Assembly: GCA_025603075.1 (NCBI GenBank)
Contig: MU626305.1
Coordinates: 58,211-122,210, forward strand
Reading direction: 5' to 3'
Source of the DNA: Neoconidiobolus thromboides FSU 785
Taxonomy: Eukaryota > Fungi > Entomophthoromycota
Length of the DNA stretch: 64,000 bases
The notes beneath the pieces were generated by a model. That model made no database searches. It was not told the DNA's origin and worked only from the letters and a program-made list of their open reading frames with translations. How positions within the stretch are numbered: position 1 is the stretch's first letter; each line of letters begins with the position of its first letter. The position numbers were made by a program, and so were the translations under genes. Positions 1 to 12,227 of this stretch are shown here, in pieces.

Positions 1-2012
1 AACTGAAACTGATTTCTTATTTAAAATGAGTAAAGATGAAATATCATCATTTTTTACTTGTTCTTTCAAATCATGTAAAACTTCTTTTCTTTCTCTTTTA
101 AGCCCTTTTAGCTTATCTATTAACTCATAAACAAGTGTTACTGAATTAGATAAGAAATCTTCTTTATCAAGGTCAACTAGAGATTCCGTTAATCCAGACA
201 TTGAATTCTTTGTAGATGCAGCAGTAATAATTTCAGCATATATTTGGCCTAATCGGTCTTGTGAAGGGTCACTTTTAATTATTAAAAGATCCTCTTTATT
301 TGAATTAAATTTTGAAAACATTAAATTATCTGATTCAATTGCCTTTTCTAATAATTCCCTATTGACCCTGATTTCTTGCCGAATGCCACTAGCTGCTGTA
401 CTAGATGGATCTTGGGTCCACAAATCTTGAAATTTAGCTCTTAAATTCTCCCCATTTCTAAGTTCCATGTCTAAAATCGAACTGCATTCTTCCAAAACCT
501 GTCTGAGTTCTTTATTTGCTTTCGGTAATGATGAAAGTAAGGATTGTATACTTTTACCATTTTGTTCTTTTTGATAAATCTCATTATTGAGCTTAATAAT
601 TTCTTCTGGGGGTATAATTACAGTATGGATTAAATTGTTGTCTTCTTTTTTGAATCGAGTCAAACAATCTGGTAGACTCATATAAGATAAGGAAGCTTCA
701 AGCTCCGAATCAGCAACATCAATTCTCTCTGTTTCTAATCTTACTAACTTTGCCATTTCTTCAGAATATAACGAAGCTGATTCGTGTACAGATAATGGTA
801 TCAATTTGCGGAACAAATCATGTCCAATGACTCTGGGCAAGTCGCCTGGATTATACAACTGAGAAAAAGGTATAATTTTACTAGCCGGTAACTTATCGAT
901 TGGAACTAATACATCATGATTAATAACTGGATGATGATAAATCATATCGTTTTCTTTGACTGCATTTTCCATTTTATGTAAATATTCGTCATGATTGCGC
1001 TTAGTAATTACGTCTAATGCTTTAGCTGCATCTAATGGAAAGATAGAATTTGAAGTCCCAATAACTCTAGATAAATTATAAGTACATGTCATTGCTTCCT
1101 TTGCCAATTCTTCTGCTAAAGTAAACCTAGAAACCGCTTCACCATATTCGCCTTCGTCTTCTAAAGACTTAGCTTTATTAAACTGAGCAACTGAAGAATA
1201 AAGTTTGATTTTTGTCTATAAGATGTTAGTAACTGTCTATAAAAATGTAAAATAATATACCTTTGCTAATAAAGACATGCTTTGAGGAAATAGCTTTTTT
1301 GGTAAAGATTCTGTAAGAGCATCTACGATGTTAGTATATAAATAGTTTAATTGTGAAGCTAACTTTGCAATCAGTGTGTTCTTTTTCTTTTCAGTAATAC
1401 ATTTCTCTAGAAAGCATTCTTGAGCTTGAGCTAACATAAATTGGATTAATACCTTAATGATTTCTCGATTCAAATCAGAAGATGGAGCATGCAAAAAATT
1501 TTCGTTGATATAAGTAAAGATCCCTGCTGATAATTGAAAATTGTGATAAGCTGTTTTTAGCCCTTGTACTTCAAACCTATTTTGGCTCGAAGCAATGTTT
1601 GATAAAAGAGCAGCAATATTAAATATAACACATGCCTTTTCATATGCCAAAGAATGTTGAGAAATTTTTTTCTGAGTAAAAGCATCATTCCTAAAAAGCT
1701 ATTAGATTTTATTCTACATTCTTTATACAAAGGTTACCATGGGAAATTAATTTTTACATTGTTTTCGTCTACTTGAAAGCGTAACTCTAATAAATCTAAC
1801 TGGCCAAAATATCTGTACAAAAGATCCCTCCCTGTATTATCTACTCCAGCCCCTCGCATATCTTGTCGAATTCGATTAAAAGTATGCAACTCCTCACTGT
1901 ATTTGTCGGCTTCATCCATATATACCGACTCAATATATTTTCTAAGAGGCGCTATCCAATCCACCTCCTCTGTTGTTTTCAAAGGTACGTGTAGTAAAGG
2001 GCATTGACTCAT
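1..2012 (-). CDS. BRO1: BRO1/ALIX-family ESCRT accessory protein (Bro1 + V domain), multi-exon, 3' end outside window
   Basis: ORFs 1734-2012 and 1237-1650 give PLKTTEEVDW...RQDMRGAG...GRDLLYRYFGQLDLLELRF and LAYEKACVIFNIAALLS. The frame continues below 1230 (IYHHPV...KLPASK...VPLSVHESASLY-like region). GT-AG introns join the pieces. Confidence 0.93.
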
Positions 2013-2024
2013 CGTTATTTTTTA

Positions 2025-2084
2025 ACTAAAAACTAAAAACTAAAAACTAAAAACTAAAAACTAAAAACTAAAAACTAAAAACTA
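2025..2084. repeat. Perfect 7-bp tandem repeat (ACTAAAA)x8, 13 nt upstream of the BRO1 ATG
   Basis: Read directly from the sequence. Confidence 0.95.
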
Positions 2085-2793
2085 CAAAATTTGAATAATA
2101 GATTTTTCCAAACTCTAAGCTTTGGCTAAATGGTCACTTTTATTCTATTTTAACCAACCATACTCAAGTTTAACTCCCATCCAATCTCATTCAAGTTCAT
2201 ATTTATATGATATTTTTCAAGAGCTAAGCTTGGTAATCTAGTAACTAGATTTATTATACATAGTAAATTAAGCACAGGTTTTATTTATTTACTTTAGCAC
2301 TCAAGAAGCTTTATACAATATAAATAGTGACTTTAAAACAATATTGATTTAAAGAATTAAAATTGTCAAATTACACCAGAATCCCACAAAAGCGAAAAAG
2401 CTACAAAATTTAAGGTAAGACATTTCCTATTTTAGGAAGTTTGTGCGGCAAATATGCCAACACAAGTTATCGTGTTACTGGCCATTTAACCTCAGGGTTT
2501 TAAGTAAATCAAGTCGGTGTCAACATCTTGTGGAGATTAAATCTCACATCTTAGTACCTAAATAGTTAAGTTAGTCAAGCTTAAGTATTGGGTTGGTAGT
2601 TAGTACAGCAAATATCACACTAAATTACTGATATTGTTAAGCTACAATTATAATATAAAAACTTCCAGTAAAATTGTCTTGAACTCAAGTATAAGATTTT
2701 ATAAAACCTGAGTGTACTTGACCTTGGTACTGTTTAGTAAAACATAGATCATTAAGTTTGCTAAAAGGTCTTAAAAGTCAAATAAAAATATAT

Positions 2794-2892
2794 GGAGATG
2801 TATTTTTGTGTTTAAGAATTTTACTAACAAATTTTCCGCTTAAATAGCGCTTGAAAAATGGAAAAAATAATGAAGTCAAAAAAAACACTCCC
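2794..2892 (+). mobile_element. ~100-bp MITE copy (GGGGATG family)
   Basis: GGAGATGTATTTTTG...AAAAAACACTCCC with ATAT on both sides; about 4 differences from the copy at 15791. Confidence 0.9.
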
Positions 2893-3079
2893 ATATATTT
2901 TTATTTAACTTTTAATACCTTTCAGCAAACTTAACAACCCATATCACCTCTTCAAAAATGTGCAGACTTTTTAAGGATTGTATTACATTTGATTAAAAAG
3001 CGAGTGTTTATAACAACTTATGTAGGCATAAAAAGCTAAAAAATATAATTTAAAGAACTCATGCTTAAAATACGGTTTT

Positions 3080-4625
3080 TTATTTAAGAAGCTCAATTTG
3101 GAATCTATAGAGTGAATAGTGTTAAAAGTGTATATCATCATAAAAATATTACCTTTTGTATAAACTCATAAATTTAGCAGTAAATCCCTCCAAATGAACA
3201 ATGTATTTTTGGCCTTCTTTTATACGTAAGTCCTAGCAGAAGAAGTTAAAATTCGCAATAAATAATTCCCATAGAACTTACAAATATAGTGGCTTCTTTT
3301 AATAAAGTCAACTTAAAGCTATCTGGCACTTGATTGAATAGCTCAATGGTTAATTGCTGAATAAAAAATGTTATAACTTAATAAGCGAATTTAAAAATAA
3401 ACCTACTTTAAGGATCGTTGCAGGTGGAATACACCTTGCTAATAATTCATAGTACATTGTACGGCAATTAATCAATCTAAAGATAATAAATTTTACAGTA
3501 TTCATGATAAAACATTACTTACGTTAGAGCTGTTTGATTTTTAATTATATTATTCGCAATATTTTTAATATAAAGCTCCCAATCTGGAATAGGAATAGGT
3601 GTTGATGGATTTACTGGATAACTAATAATTGTTTATCGTTATAATCAAAGTTCATAGTAAAAATAGTTACGTTTGGGACAAAGTTGCCTCCAAAATAAGT
3701 ATAGCTTTTCTCAAGTTACGATCAGACATAGCAACCAAATTCTTGGCAAATTGTGGTGGTAAATCAAACACTTCTTTTCTAGATAAATCATTAAGGATAT
3801 TAATAATCTAAAAGATTAATTTATAATCCTACTGATAAATAAATAATTACCTGCTCTTCAGTAGGTGCTGGAACTCTTAATAATAAACAACGACTTCTTA
3901 TTGGGGATATGATATTTGTTGTATTATTACAACACAAAATAATTCTCAGGTTAGACATGTATTTTTCCATGGTTCTACGTAAAGCTTGTTGAGCTGGTTT
4001 AGATAGCGACTCTGCTTCGGAGATTACAATGACTAAAATAATTTTAGTTTATCTTTTTTTCTATTTTTTTCTATTTTTTTCTTACCTTTGAATTTCCTTT
4101 TTGAGTTTGAATCTATCTGTTGAGTTTGTGCAATTTCTTTAATCACAGTTTGAATAACAAATCGATCTTGGTTTCCAACATCACTATAAAAAACTGAATC
4201 AATCATACAATAACTAAAATAGAAACAATTTTACCTTGGATTCAACTCCATATGAAAGTTACTGGATACTATACTTATATCAATTTTTCGATTTGATGGC
4301 GTTGTAAATTGACGCATATCGATATGAATCTAATAGTCAAGTAAGTAAAACACTCCCATTTTAATTTAAATCCTCTACCTTTTCAACTCCATCACCGAAA
4401 ATCCCTTTTAGCAAAGCATGGATCCTAGTCTTTTTTCCTGCCCCTGAAGGTCCATAAACTAACAAATGAGGAACTTCCTCAACTTCAGACTAGAATATAG
4501 TTAACTATCTTTCTTAATTTTTTATATTTTTGATTTACTAGCTTCTTAAGTTGTCCAGTCAAGTCCTCATGGTAACTAAGTTTGGCTATACTGTCTGGCC
4601 GATATTTGTCTACCCATAAACTCAT
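3080..4625 (-). CDS. RFC5: Replication factor C small subunit (yeast Rfc5 / human RFC3), multi-exon
   Basis: Spliced translation [10 protein letters not shown]...[17 protein letters not shown]...[34 protein letters not shown]...[10 protein letters not shown]; ends ...QIELLK* at 3080. Confidence 0.93.
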
Positions 4626-4856
4626 CTTTGATTATCTTATTAGAAAAAAGCAAAGTGATGATGTTTTTAAGTCATTTTCTTATTATAGAATATTGCTTTT
4701 TCAAATCAATTTTATTGGATACAATCTCTTTATGGGAGCTGAATTAAAGTTTTATAGTCAAATATTATGAAATCAAATAAAAATAAAATCAATAAAAAAA
4801 GATCAATAATTAAATAATACATAAAAAATAAAAGAATCATTTTATTCAAGTGAGAT

Positions 4857-6123
4857 TTATAAGGAAGCCCCATAACTAAAAGTAAGTAAGATAATTAAAA
4901 ATAAATAAACTAAATTTACCCAAAGGTGGACTTAATGCTATTCCAATAAAAACGGTTCCAATTATCTCTAGTAATATCTTCTTGTCCAACTGGAACACCT
5001 TCTTGTTTTAAAATTAAATTTACAGATCCAGACAATTCTTCTAACTCAATAGTGACAATGGAATAATGGCCTAACAGTAAATAAAATGTTAAAATAACAA
5101 AAATATTAACTTACTTTCAGGCCATAAATTGGAACGCCATTTAAGTTGAATCTTTTTATTTTCTTGCTGTAATAATTATTAGCTTTGGCTTATCAAAAAC
5201 AGACTTAAATATTTACTAATTCTATTAATTCACCCGATATATTACCACCAAATAATCTAAATGGTGCCCCTTTTTCTTTACCGAATTGTACATCAGAACG
5301 AGACCAAATGGACATTAAAGTGGAATCTGTTAATGCAGCGTACAATTGTGCTGCTGATGTAACAAACTCGATAGTATCATTTAAAGTAGTTGTATTAACC
5401 TTTTTAGGCTCTCCTTTAGTAACTGAAGCAACCACTGTATCTTTAACACTCTTTTCGTTTAACACTTGGACATTAGTAATACCGGTCGTATTTACTGGTG
5501 CAGGAGTACCTAATAATTCTTTTGGTATATAAACATCTTTTGAGTGATGCTCAACTAAATCCTTAGGGAAGCTTAAAAATACTTTGATCATTTGCTCCTT
5601 TAATAAAGTTCTTATAATATTTCTAAATGCATCTTTTTCTCTGGTATCATTATCAATACTGACTTCAAATACAAAATCATCTTCATCAGTATCATGGGCG
5701 ACTTCTGGTACACTAATATGACCTTTTGCTTTTTCGCCAGAAGGCAAAACACCTATTTTTATTAGGCATTCTTTCTAGAAATAACAGCAATTACCTGTCC
5801 ATTTTAATTTAATTACAACATCATACAAAGTAATAATCTTTCCTTTTCTTTGATTCAAGTTAACATCTCCAGTAATTGAATCGACATTATCGATTTCAAC
5901 TGAATATGAGTCTCTTTCTGCAGTTAGCCCCTTTAATTTTTCAGTCAAATAGTTAGTTGCCCAAGGCAAGCAGTTTTTTTCAGTCCTTTATTATTTTTAT
6001 AAGTTTTTGGTAGATTATATAAAGTCAAATTACCAATGCCTAATTTGAATATTAAATTAATATCTAAATAGCATAATAGTATTCTATCAATTACCAGTTA
6101 TTAACATTCTTCCAGTTCGACAT
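4857..6123 (-). CDS. AHA1: Activator of Hsp90 ATPase, multi-exon, includes a 6-nt micro-exon
   Basis: MSNWKNVNNWHWTEKNCLPWA...GDVNLNQRKGKIITLYD... followed by a C-terminal START-like domain (ORF 5205-5747); ends FGYGASL*. Confidence 0.92.
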
Positions 6124-6838
6124 TTTTATTGTTTATTAGTATGAATGCAAGTGTAACTTTTTTATTTTAATCAATTTAAAATTTGATTTTTTCATTGTAT
6201 TTTTATAGTCCAATTTCATACTTTAGTTTATTTTAATTTATTTATCCAATCATTGCTTTTATTTTAATTCCATTATACATATCATTGGCCGATTGCATTA
6301 TTAAGATTTTTATTCTAATTTAAGTATAATGAAGATATTATAAGAAGTTTCTAGAAATAAATGATATATAGCTATAAATTGACAATAGCGATAGTAGTAA
6401 CACTGGTTTCCATTTTATAATATTACACTCAAATAATGGATTTAAATTTTCAATAAATGTTGGTAACAACATTTAGTTTTATTTTGTTTTTTATTAATAT
6501 ACTATGATAAGTAGGATATAAAAAACTATCAAACCATTAAATTATAAAAGCTGTTATAAAAAGTGGGCTTTACTCGAAGTTAATAATATACTAATTAAGA
6601 ATTATATTTATAAATGGTATCACCTATAGTTAAACATAATACAACACATTGTTAAACTAGATGGTCGTTACTAATGTTTGTGTAAAGCTGATGAATCTAC
6701 TTGTCAATAATCTCCTTAACTTGAAAATTATTCAAAAATAGTCAAGCATCTTAAACAAATGAAAAAAAACATAAATTACGAATAATACTTAAAATCCAAA
6801 TTTAAACTGATATTTGAACTATAATCATCTATTATTTT

Positions 6839-7357
6839 TTAATTATTCTCGACCTTCTTTTCCTCTAACTTATTTTCGTATTTGCTTTCTTTTTGTGCTA
6901 ATTCCCATTGAATTCTTCTTTCATTTAAAATAGTAAGGATCCTAGCCATATTTTTTCTGACCTAAAATCAAAATTAACCCATATTCGCCATAGAAATAAT
7001 AAACCTACCTTAACATAACGATGTTTATTTGAAAAGAATTCTTCCGAAATCTGGTATTTCTTAGCTTCTGCTTTTTGAGTAGCCAACAAATTCTTCTCTT
7101 TTAAATTAACAAACCATAATTTATGTAAGTCTTCGAAGCTTTTTAATCTTAACTCATCTGGTCTCCAACTACGTCCTGAAAAAAATTAGATTTGTGGTAT
7201 CCATTAAATTTCACTCTAACTTACCTGTTGTTATTTTATCCTTTGGTAAGGCTGTGCCGTTTTCAAAAAATTCTTCTAATCCTCGAAATATACGACTTTG
7301 ATTACTACGTATACTGGTTAAATTTAATCTTTGAAATCCTTTGAAATAACTCATCAT
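6839..7357 (-). CDS. MRPL4: Mitochondrial large-subunit ribosomal protein uL29m (MRPL47/MRPL4), 3 exons
   Basis: GLEEFF...TG|[33 protein letters not shown]...[13 protein letters not shown] matches the uL29m signature. Confidence 0.9.
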
Positions 7358-8111
7358 TATTGTATTCTTTTTTGTTAAACTAGTTATTTGAATTTGAATT
7401 ATATTTAGGTTCATGTTTTGAGTTTGAGCTTTGAATTTGGATTGTTAGTAAACTCCCATTTTTGAAATTGATCCGTAGGTTTTGTTATCCAATCTAGTCT
7501 TTCAAAGCTAGAAATAGCATTATGAATTATATAATGACTATATGAAATTTAAATAATGACCATAAGGAAAGCTAATGTGCAGCTTAACTCCACTATTTTA
7601 ATTTAATCTGTTTATGTATTTACATATCATTATTTTTTTTAAAATCCTTGGTTTAGGACGGGTAAATAAAATAGTTTATTACTATAAAAAGCAAATTGAA
7701 AAACTACAAAACTTTCATTAATTCATTTTATGTATTTAATGTCACAGCAGAAGCACTTGATAAAACCCCATCCTACTTTGCTTAAAGTATATTGTATTGG
7801 ATGATCTATTTTATTAAGGGATGCTATTATTAAATCAAACAAGTACAAGTTATGGTAGGAATAACAAAGCAAACTTATTAAATTAAATTTTTGAAATGGC
7901 TTTCTAAGCGTATTAAATTAAATCAATAGTATTTACAATAATTTAGTATATTATATAACATTTTAGCTTTAATTTGTCATGCTAAATTCACTTTTGTTTT
8001 TTTGTTATTTGAGGAATATGATAAATGATTATAATCTTGGTCAAAAAGTTAAAAATTACATTAACGTTTATTAAAATATATATATAAAACTAAAAAATAC
8101 TAAACATAGAC

Positions 8112-9833
8112 TTATTTTTGTATATCATCACTATAATCCATTAATCTCCTTCTCTTTGTTTTCTTCTCTTTGTTTTCATCTACACATGAAAATAATTCAT
8201 CTAAAGCTGCGTTAAAATCATTGTCAAAACTATTTGTCAAATTAAGCTCATCCATTTTTAAACGAATCCTCTCGCGTCTACTAGGCATTTTTCTAGCTGC
8301 CTCATATGCCTCTCGGTCATAATCCATTAGTATTTCTTTACCAAGCTGAATACATTCCCAAGCATCTTTGATCCTTGCTTTCTCTTTTTCTTTTGCTTCT
8401 TTCTCTAATCTCCGCTTTTTCTTTTTACTTTCTCTTTCTTTTCTAAGTTCCCTTCTTTTAGCTACTTCATCAGTACAATATTTCATTAATATTTCTTTAC
8501 CAATCTGGATCGACAATTGAGCATCTTTAATCCTTGCTTCTTCTCTTTCTCTAGCTTCCTTTCCTTCCCTTTCTCTAGCTTCCTTTCCTTCCCTTTCTCT
8601 AGCTTCCTTTCCTTCCCTTTCTCTTCTCTCTTTTGCTTCTTTCTCATCCTGATCCTTGTTTTCCATAACTTTACCTTCCCTTGTTTCTGAATTCTTATTC
8701 ATACTTTTGAAGCACGCTTCTCCTATTTCAAAAGTATTAATGGTATCATCATTAAAATCAGACACGAATATATTCGTAAGCTTATTATTTAATGCTTCGG
8801 ATTTTCCTGAAGCGTCTTTTTGAGTATCACCCGGTTGTGTTAGGTTTACGTTCCTTAGTATATTATGTTGATGAATCTTTTTAGTAACATTGGTATTATT
8901 GTATGTAATTGGTAGTTTATTCGTGCTAACCTCATGTGCATCTGAATGTGCCTCCATTTGGTCATATTCAATAGAATCTACTTCAGAGTTATTATCATTG
9001 TTTTTTAATCTCATTTGAATATATTCTTCATTACCCCTAATAACTTGAATGTCCATATTCAGATTATTAGTAGTAGCAATTGGTTCCTTTATATTTCCTT
9101 TGGATTCTAAAATTGGTCGAATATTAGATAAATTTCGATTAGATGAAGCTCTTAGTTTGTTCTCGTCATAGTTACTTTGTTTGTTATAGAGTATACTTTT
9201 ACTTAAATTAGTTTTTTGTACTTTTTCAATTAAGCGAGATGGCGTTTTAAGCTTCGAAGCAGCAATCATATTTGCTGGAATGACTGTGTCATTATTAATT
9301 AATACTATGTTATTAGCTGTTCGTTTTGTATTAGATTTATATTCTTTTATTAAATTAGTATCGGTTTGAATGTTTTTGACTATTATATTACGCTCCCATT
9401 GCTTTATACTTTCATCATTTTTGGTATTAATACCACCTTCATCATATTCTCTCTGCCTTAAACGTGTACTACTTACAGTCCCAATATCAGCTTTGTCATG
9501 ATCTTGCCTTAATTTACCTTTGTTCTTGGTGTTATTTTCAATTTTTTCCCTGTTCAAAATATCTTTTTTATTCTTATCTGTCATTTTGTTAATTAACTCC
9601 TCTTTACTTCTGCTTGCTTTTACTTTCTTCAGCTCTTCTACTGCGTTCTTTCTAAGAGCTTTACGCTTTTCTTTTTCTCTCTTCTTCATATGTTTCTTGA
9701 CTTCTTCCATCAACTGAAGGTTTTTTTGATCGGAGGTTTCTTCAGTATCTGGCTGTCCGTTGTCTTTATAAACACTCATTGCTGATTGTACAAATCTAAG
9801 GAAATAGGTTTTGGATTCGGCTGAGCTATACAA
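8112..9833 (-). CDS. Long low-complexity, charged ORF (573 aa); probably the 3' exon of the Scm3-domain gene
   Basis: Open frame starting at TTG rather than ATG, just downstream of the Scm3 exon(s). K/E/N-rich with REREGKEA repeats. The exact splice junction is unresolved. Confidence 0.6.
   Translation of the reverse strand: MYSSAESKTYFLRFVQSAMSVYKDNGQPDTEETSDQKNLQLMEEVKKHMKKREKEKRKALRKNAVEELKKVKASRSKEELINKMTDKNKKDILNREKIENNTKNKGKLRQDHDKADIGTVSSTRLRQREYDEGGINTKNDESIKQWERNIIVKNIQTDTNLIKEYKSNTKRTANNIVLINNDTVIPANMIAASKLKTPSRLIEKVQKTNLSKSILYNKQSNYDENKLRASSNRNLSNIRPILESKGNIKEPIATTNNLNMDIQVIRGNEEYIQMRLKNNDNNSEVDSIEYDQMEAHSDAHEVSTNKLPITYNNTNVTKKIHQHNILRNVNLTQPGDTQKDASGKSEALNNKLTNIFVSDFNDDTINTFEIGEACFKSMNKNSETREGKVMENKDQDEKEAKERREREGKEAREREGKEAREREGKEAREREEARIKDAQLSIQIGKEILMKYCTDEVAKRRELRKERESKKKKRRLEKEAKEKEKARIKDAWECIQLGKEILMDYDREAYEAARKMPSRRERIRLKMDELNLTNSFDNDFNAALDELFSCVDENKEKKTKRRRLMDYSDDIQK
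8546..8624. repeat. 24-bp coding minisatellite x3.3 (encodes REREGKEA)
   Basis: TTTCTCTAGCTTCCTTTCCTTCCC repeated perfectly three times plus a partial unit. Confidence 0.9.
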
Positions 9834-10022
9834 TGGGACAGTACTTGATTGATCCTGAGGTACAGGATAAAAATCATGAGTGAGTTCAGAATCTCCATTA
9901 AAATGATTATCAAAGTATTCAAAACCAGTCTCAAACTCACTTGGATTATTGATTTTTACTAATGAAGCATTTTCTACTGAGTTATACTTTTTTACATCTA
10001 TTTCAAATATGTTAAAATTATC

Positions 10023-10574
10023 TTATCTGCTTAGAAGGAATTTACCTTCAACTTTTGGCCTCTTCCATTTTGGGTATTTTAGTAATTCATCCTTTAGTCC
10101 TCTAGTACTATCTATGAAAATAAAATCATCCACTTCATTGTAAATTTGGCTATGTTTAGTTTTTTGGTTTGTAAGGGTGTCTTTTTGATCAGGGATAATC
10201 TTTTGGCTTAAATCAATATCTTCTTGCTTAAACTCTGTTTTCTGGCTCATGTTAGCGTCCACTTCAGTGAGGCTAGTGTTTTGGCTTTGAGCCTTATCTA
10301 ATCCCATTTTCTCTATAGTAGCTTCTAATTCTTTTATCTTCTTCATATGACCTTTGTCAACTATAACCATTTCACTGAATATATCAATCTCATCCGCTTC
10401 ATTTGTGAAATCTTTGCCATATTTTTTGATGATGCCTTCAAACCTATTCCTCAATTTAACACGACTGGTTGCTAATAATTTATCATTGATATTGGGCAGC
10501 ATCATGTCATCACTCTTATTAGATGATGACATATTCGGTGGATTGTTTTCTTGCTCTTTATTGTTCTTTGCCAT
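10023..10574 (-). CDS. SCM3: Scm3/HJURP-domain CENP-A chaperone, first exon
   Basis: SRVKLRNRFEGIIKKYGKDFTNEADEIDIFSEMVIVDKGHM fits the Scm3 domain pattern (RxRFExIxxKYGxxF...DEID...+VDxGH). GTAAAT donor near 10044. Confidence 0.75.
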   Translation of the reverse strand: MAKNNKEQENNPPNMSSSNKSDDMMLPNINDKLLATSRVKLRNRFEGIIKKYGKDFTNEADEIDIFSEMVIVDKGHMKKIKELEATIEKMGLDKAQSQNTSLTEVDANMSQKTEFKQEDIDLSQKIIPDQKDTLTNQKTKHSQIYNEVDDFIFIDSTRGLKDELLKYPKWKRPKVEGKFLLSR

Positions 10575-11348
10575 TTCGAAACACTACAAATAGCCTGGAA
10601 CAAAAGATAATAAATATTTTATGATAAAAAATTACAGTTGGAATTGCCTTTGCACTTTATTTTTTGTGCATATTTAGCGTAAAATCACAGGACCTAAAGA
10701 GTAATTTATGGGATGAGCTCGTTAACGGTTAAATTTCTGGAATATAAATTACTTAATTTAGTAATTTATGAAGTAATAAGGAGTTATTATATTTAATTAT
10801 TAATTTTTGTCTACTAAAATTGTCTTTTGACTATTGCTATTCCTAAATTTAAAATTCGTCATTTTATTTTGTCTTTGCTTTACTTTGTTCTTACCTTTAT
10901 CATCAAAATTCAATAAAAGCTTAAGTTAGCTGGTATAATATTAGGTATTCCCAGAAATAACCTTCTTTTTAGGCAAACATGGCAGCAGGCAAATCACTAG
11001 CTAAAGCAAAAAAGGTAGTTTTCAAATTTTTTAAATATTCAATTCCCAATAAACAGTTTTGCTAATATTTTAACAATCTTATTTAATTGATAAAAAATAA
11101 ATAAAATATTTTTAATTTGAATCTTAGCTTTCCAATATTAATAAAATAACACTTAATCATTCTTTAAAAAAAGTATAAAAAACAAAGTTATTCAAATAAA
11201 ATGATTTATTTTTTCAACTTAAATTTTTTTTTTTATTTGGAATTTATTTATGATATTATAATAAAACATACTAAATAAAAAAACTTTAAATTGAAGTTTA
11301 ATATTTTATAGTATTCATTAAAACTATAGTTAAGTATTATTTTAGTAT

Positions 11349-11438
11349 AACGATGTGTTTTTGTATTTAGAAATTTTACTAACAAATCTTCTTCTCAAAT
11401 AGTACTTAAGAAATCCTTAAATCCTTAAATACATCCCC
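11349..11438 (+). mobile_element. Degenerate MITE copy
   Basis: GATGTGTTTTTGTATTTAGAAATTTTACTAAC...TACATCCCC. Confidence 0.7.
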
Positions 11439-11801
11439 ACTTATATATAATATAAGGATTATAATTTACATTAATTTTAATGATTATTTATAATAACCCA
11501 GAGTTTATAGCATTTTGTAATAAAACAAAAAAAATAGAGTTTGTCAATATTATTAATAAATTCAATTAAATATATAAAATTAATGCTTCAAAGAAAATAA
11601 AAGACAAGAGTTAATAAATAGCATTATTATTAATTATAATTTTAATATGTCTTTTTAATAAATTTAAAAGTTCTAAACTCAATAAAAGTAAAAATCAATA
11701 TAATCATTTAAAAACAATTAACAATAACAAAATACAAATATTACAACTTACTATTAAAAATACAAAAATAACTAAAAATAAGCAAACTAAAATCATCATA
11801 T

Positions 11802-11880
11802 GGGGATATATTTTTATGTTTAAGAATTTTACTAACAAATTTTCCGCCCAAATAGCGCTTAAAAAATGGAAAAAATAACA
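11802..11880 (+). mobile_element. MITE copy lacking its right terminus
   Basis: ATAT|GGGGATATATTTTTATGTTTAAGAATTTTACTAAC...TGGAAAAAATAA, then diverges. Confidence 0.85.
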
Positions 11881-12070
11881 AAACCAGATCTAATAAATCT
11901 AGACTATTATAATAAACAAATTATATTAGTATTATAGTTTGGTATCTTGTATTTAAAAAAAATAATATAATAAGCAAAGTTCATTTCATTTATTTATCTG
12001 AAATATCAAATTATAATAAATTTAGTTATTTTTCAAAATATTAAGAAATTTTAATTTTAATACAACATAG

Positions 12071-12168
12071 GGGGATGTATTTTTGTATTTAAGAATTTTA
12101 CTAACAATTTTTCCACTCAAATAGCGCTTAAAAGATGGAAAAAATGCTGAAGCTAAAAAAACATCCCC
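12071..12168 (+). mobile_element. MITE copy with non-palindromic TSD ATAG
   Basis: ATAG|GGGGATG...CATCCCC|ATAG; this copy fixes the TSD length at 4 bp. Confidence 0.93.
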
Positions 12169-12227
12169 ATAGCATATTTTAATAAAAAAACTTTATTAAA
12201 GAACTTTATATATTAATATACTTATTA

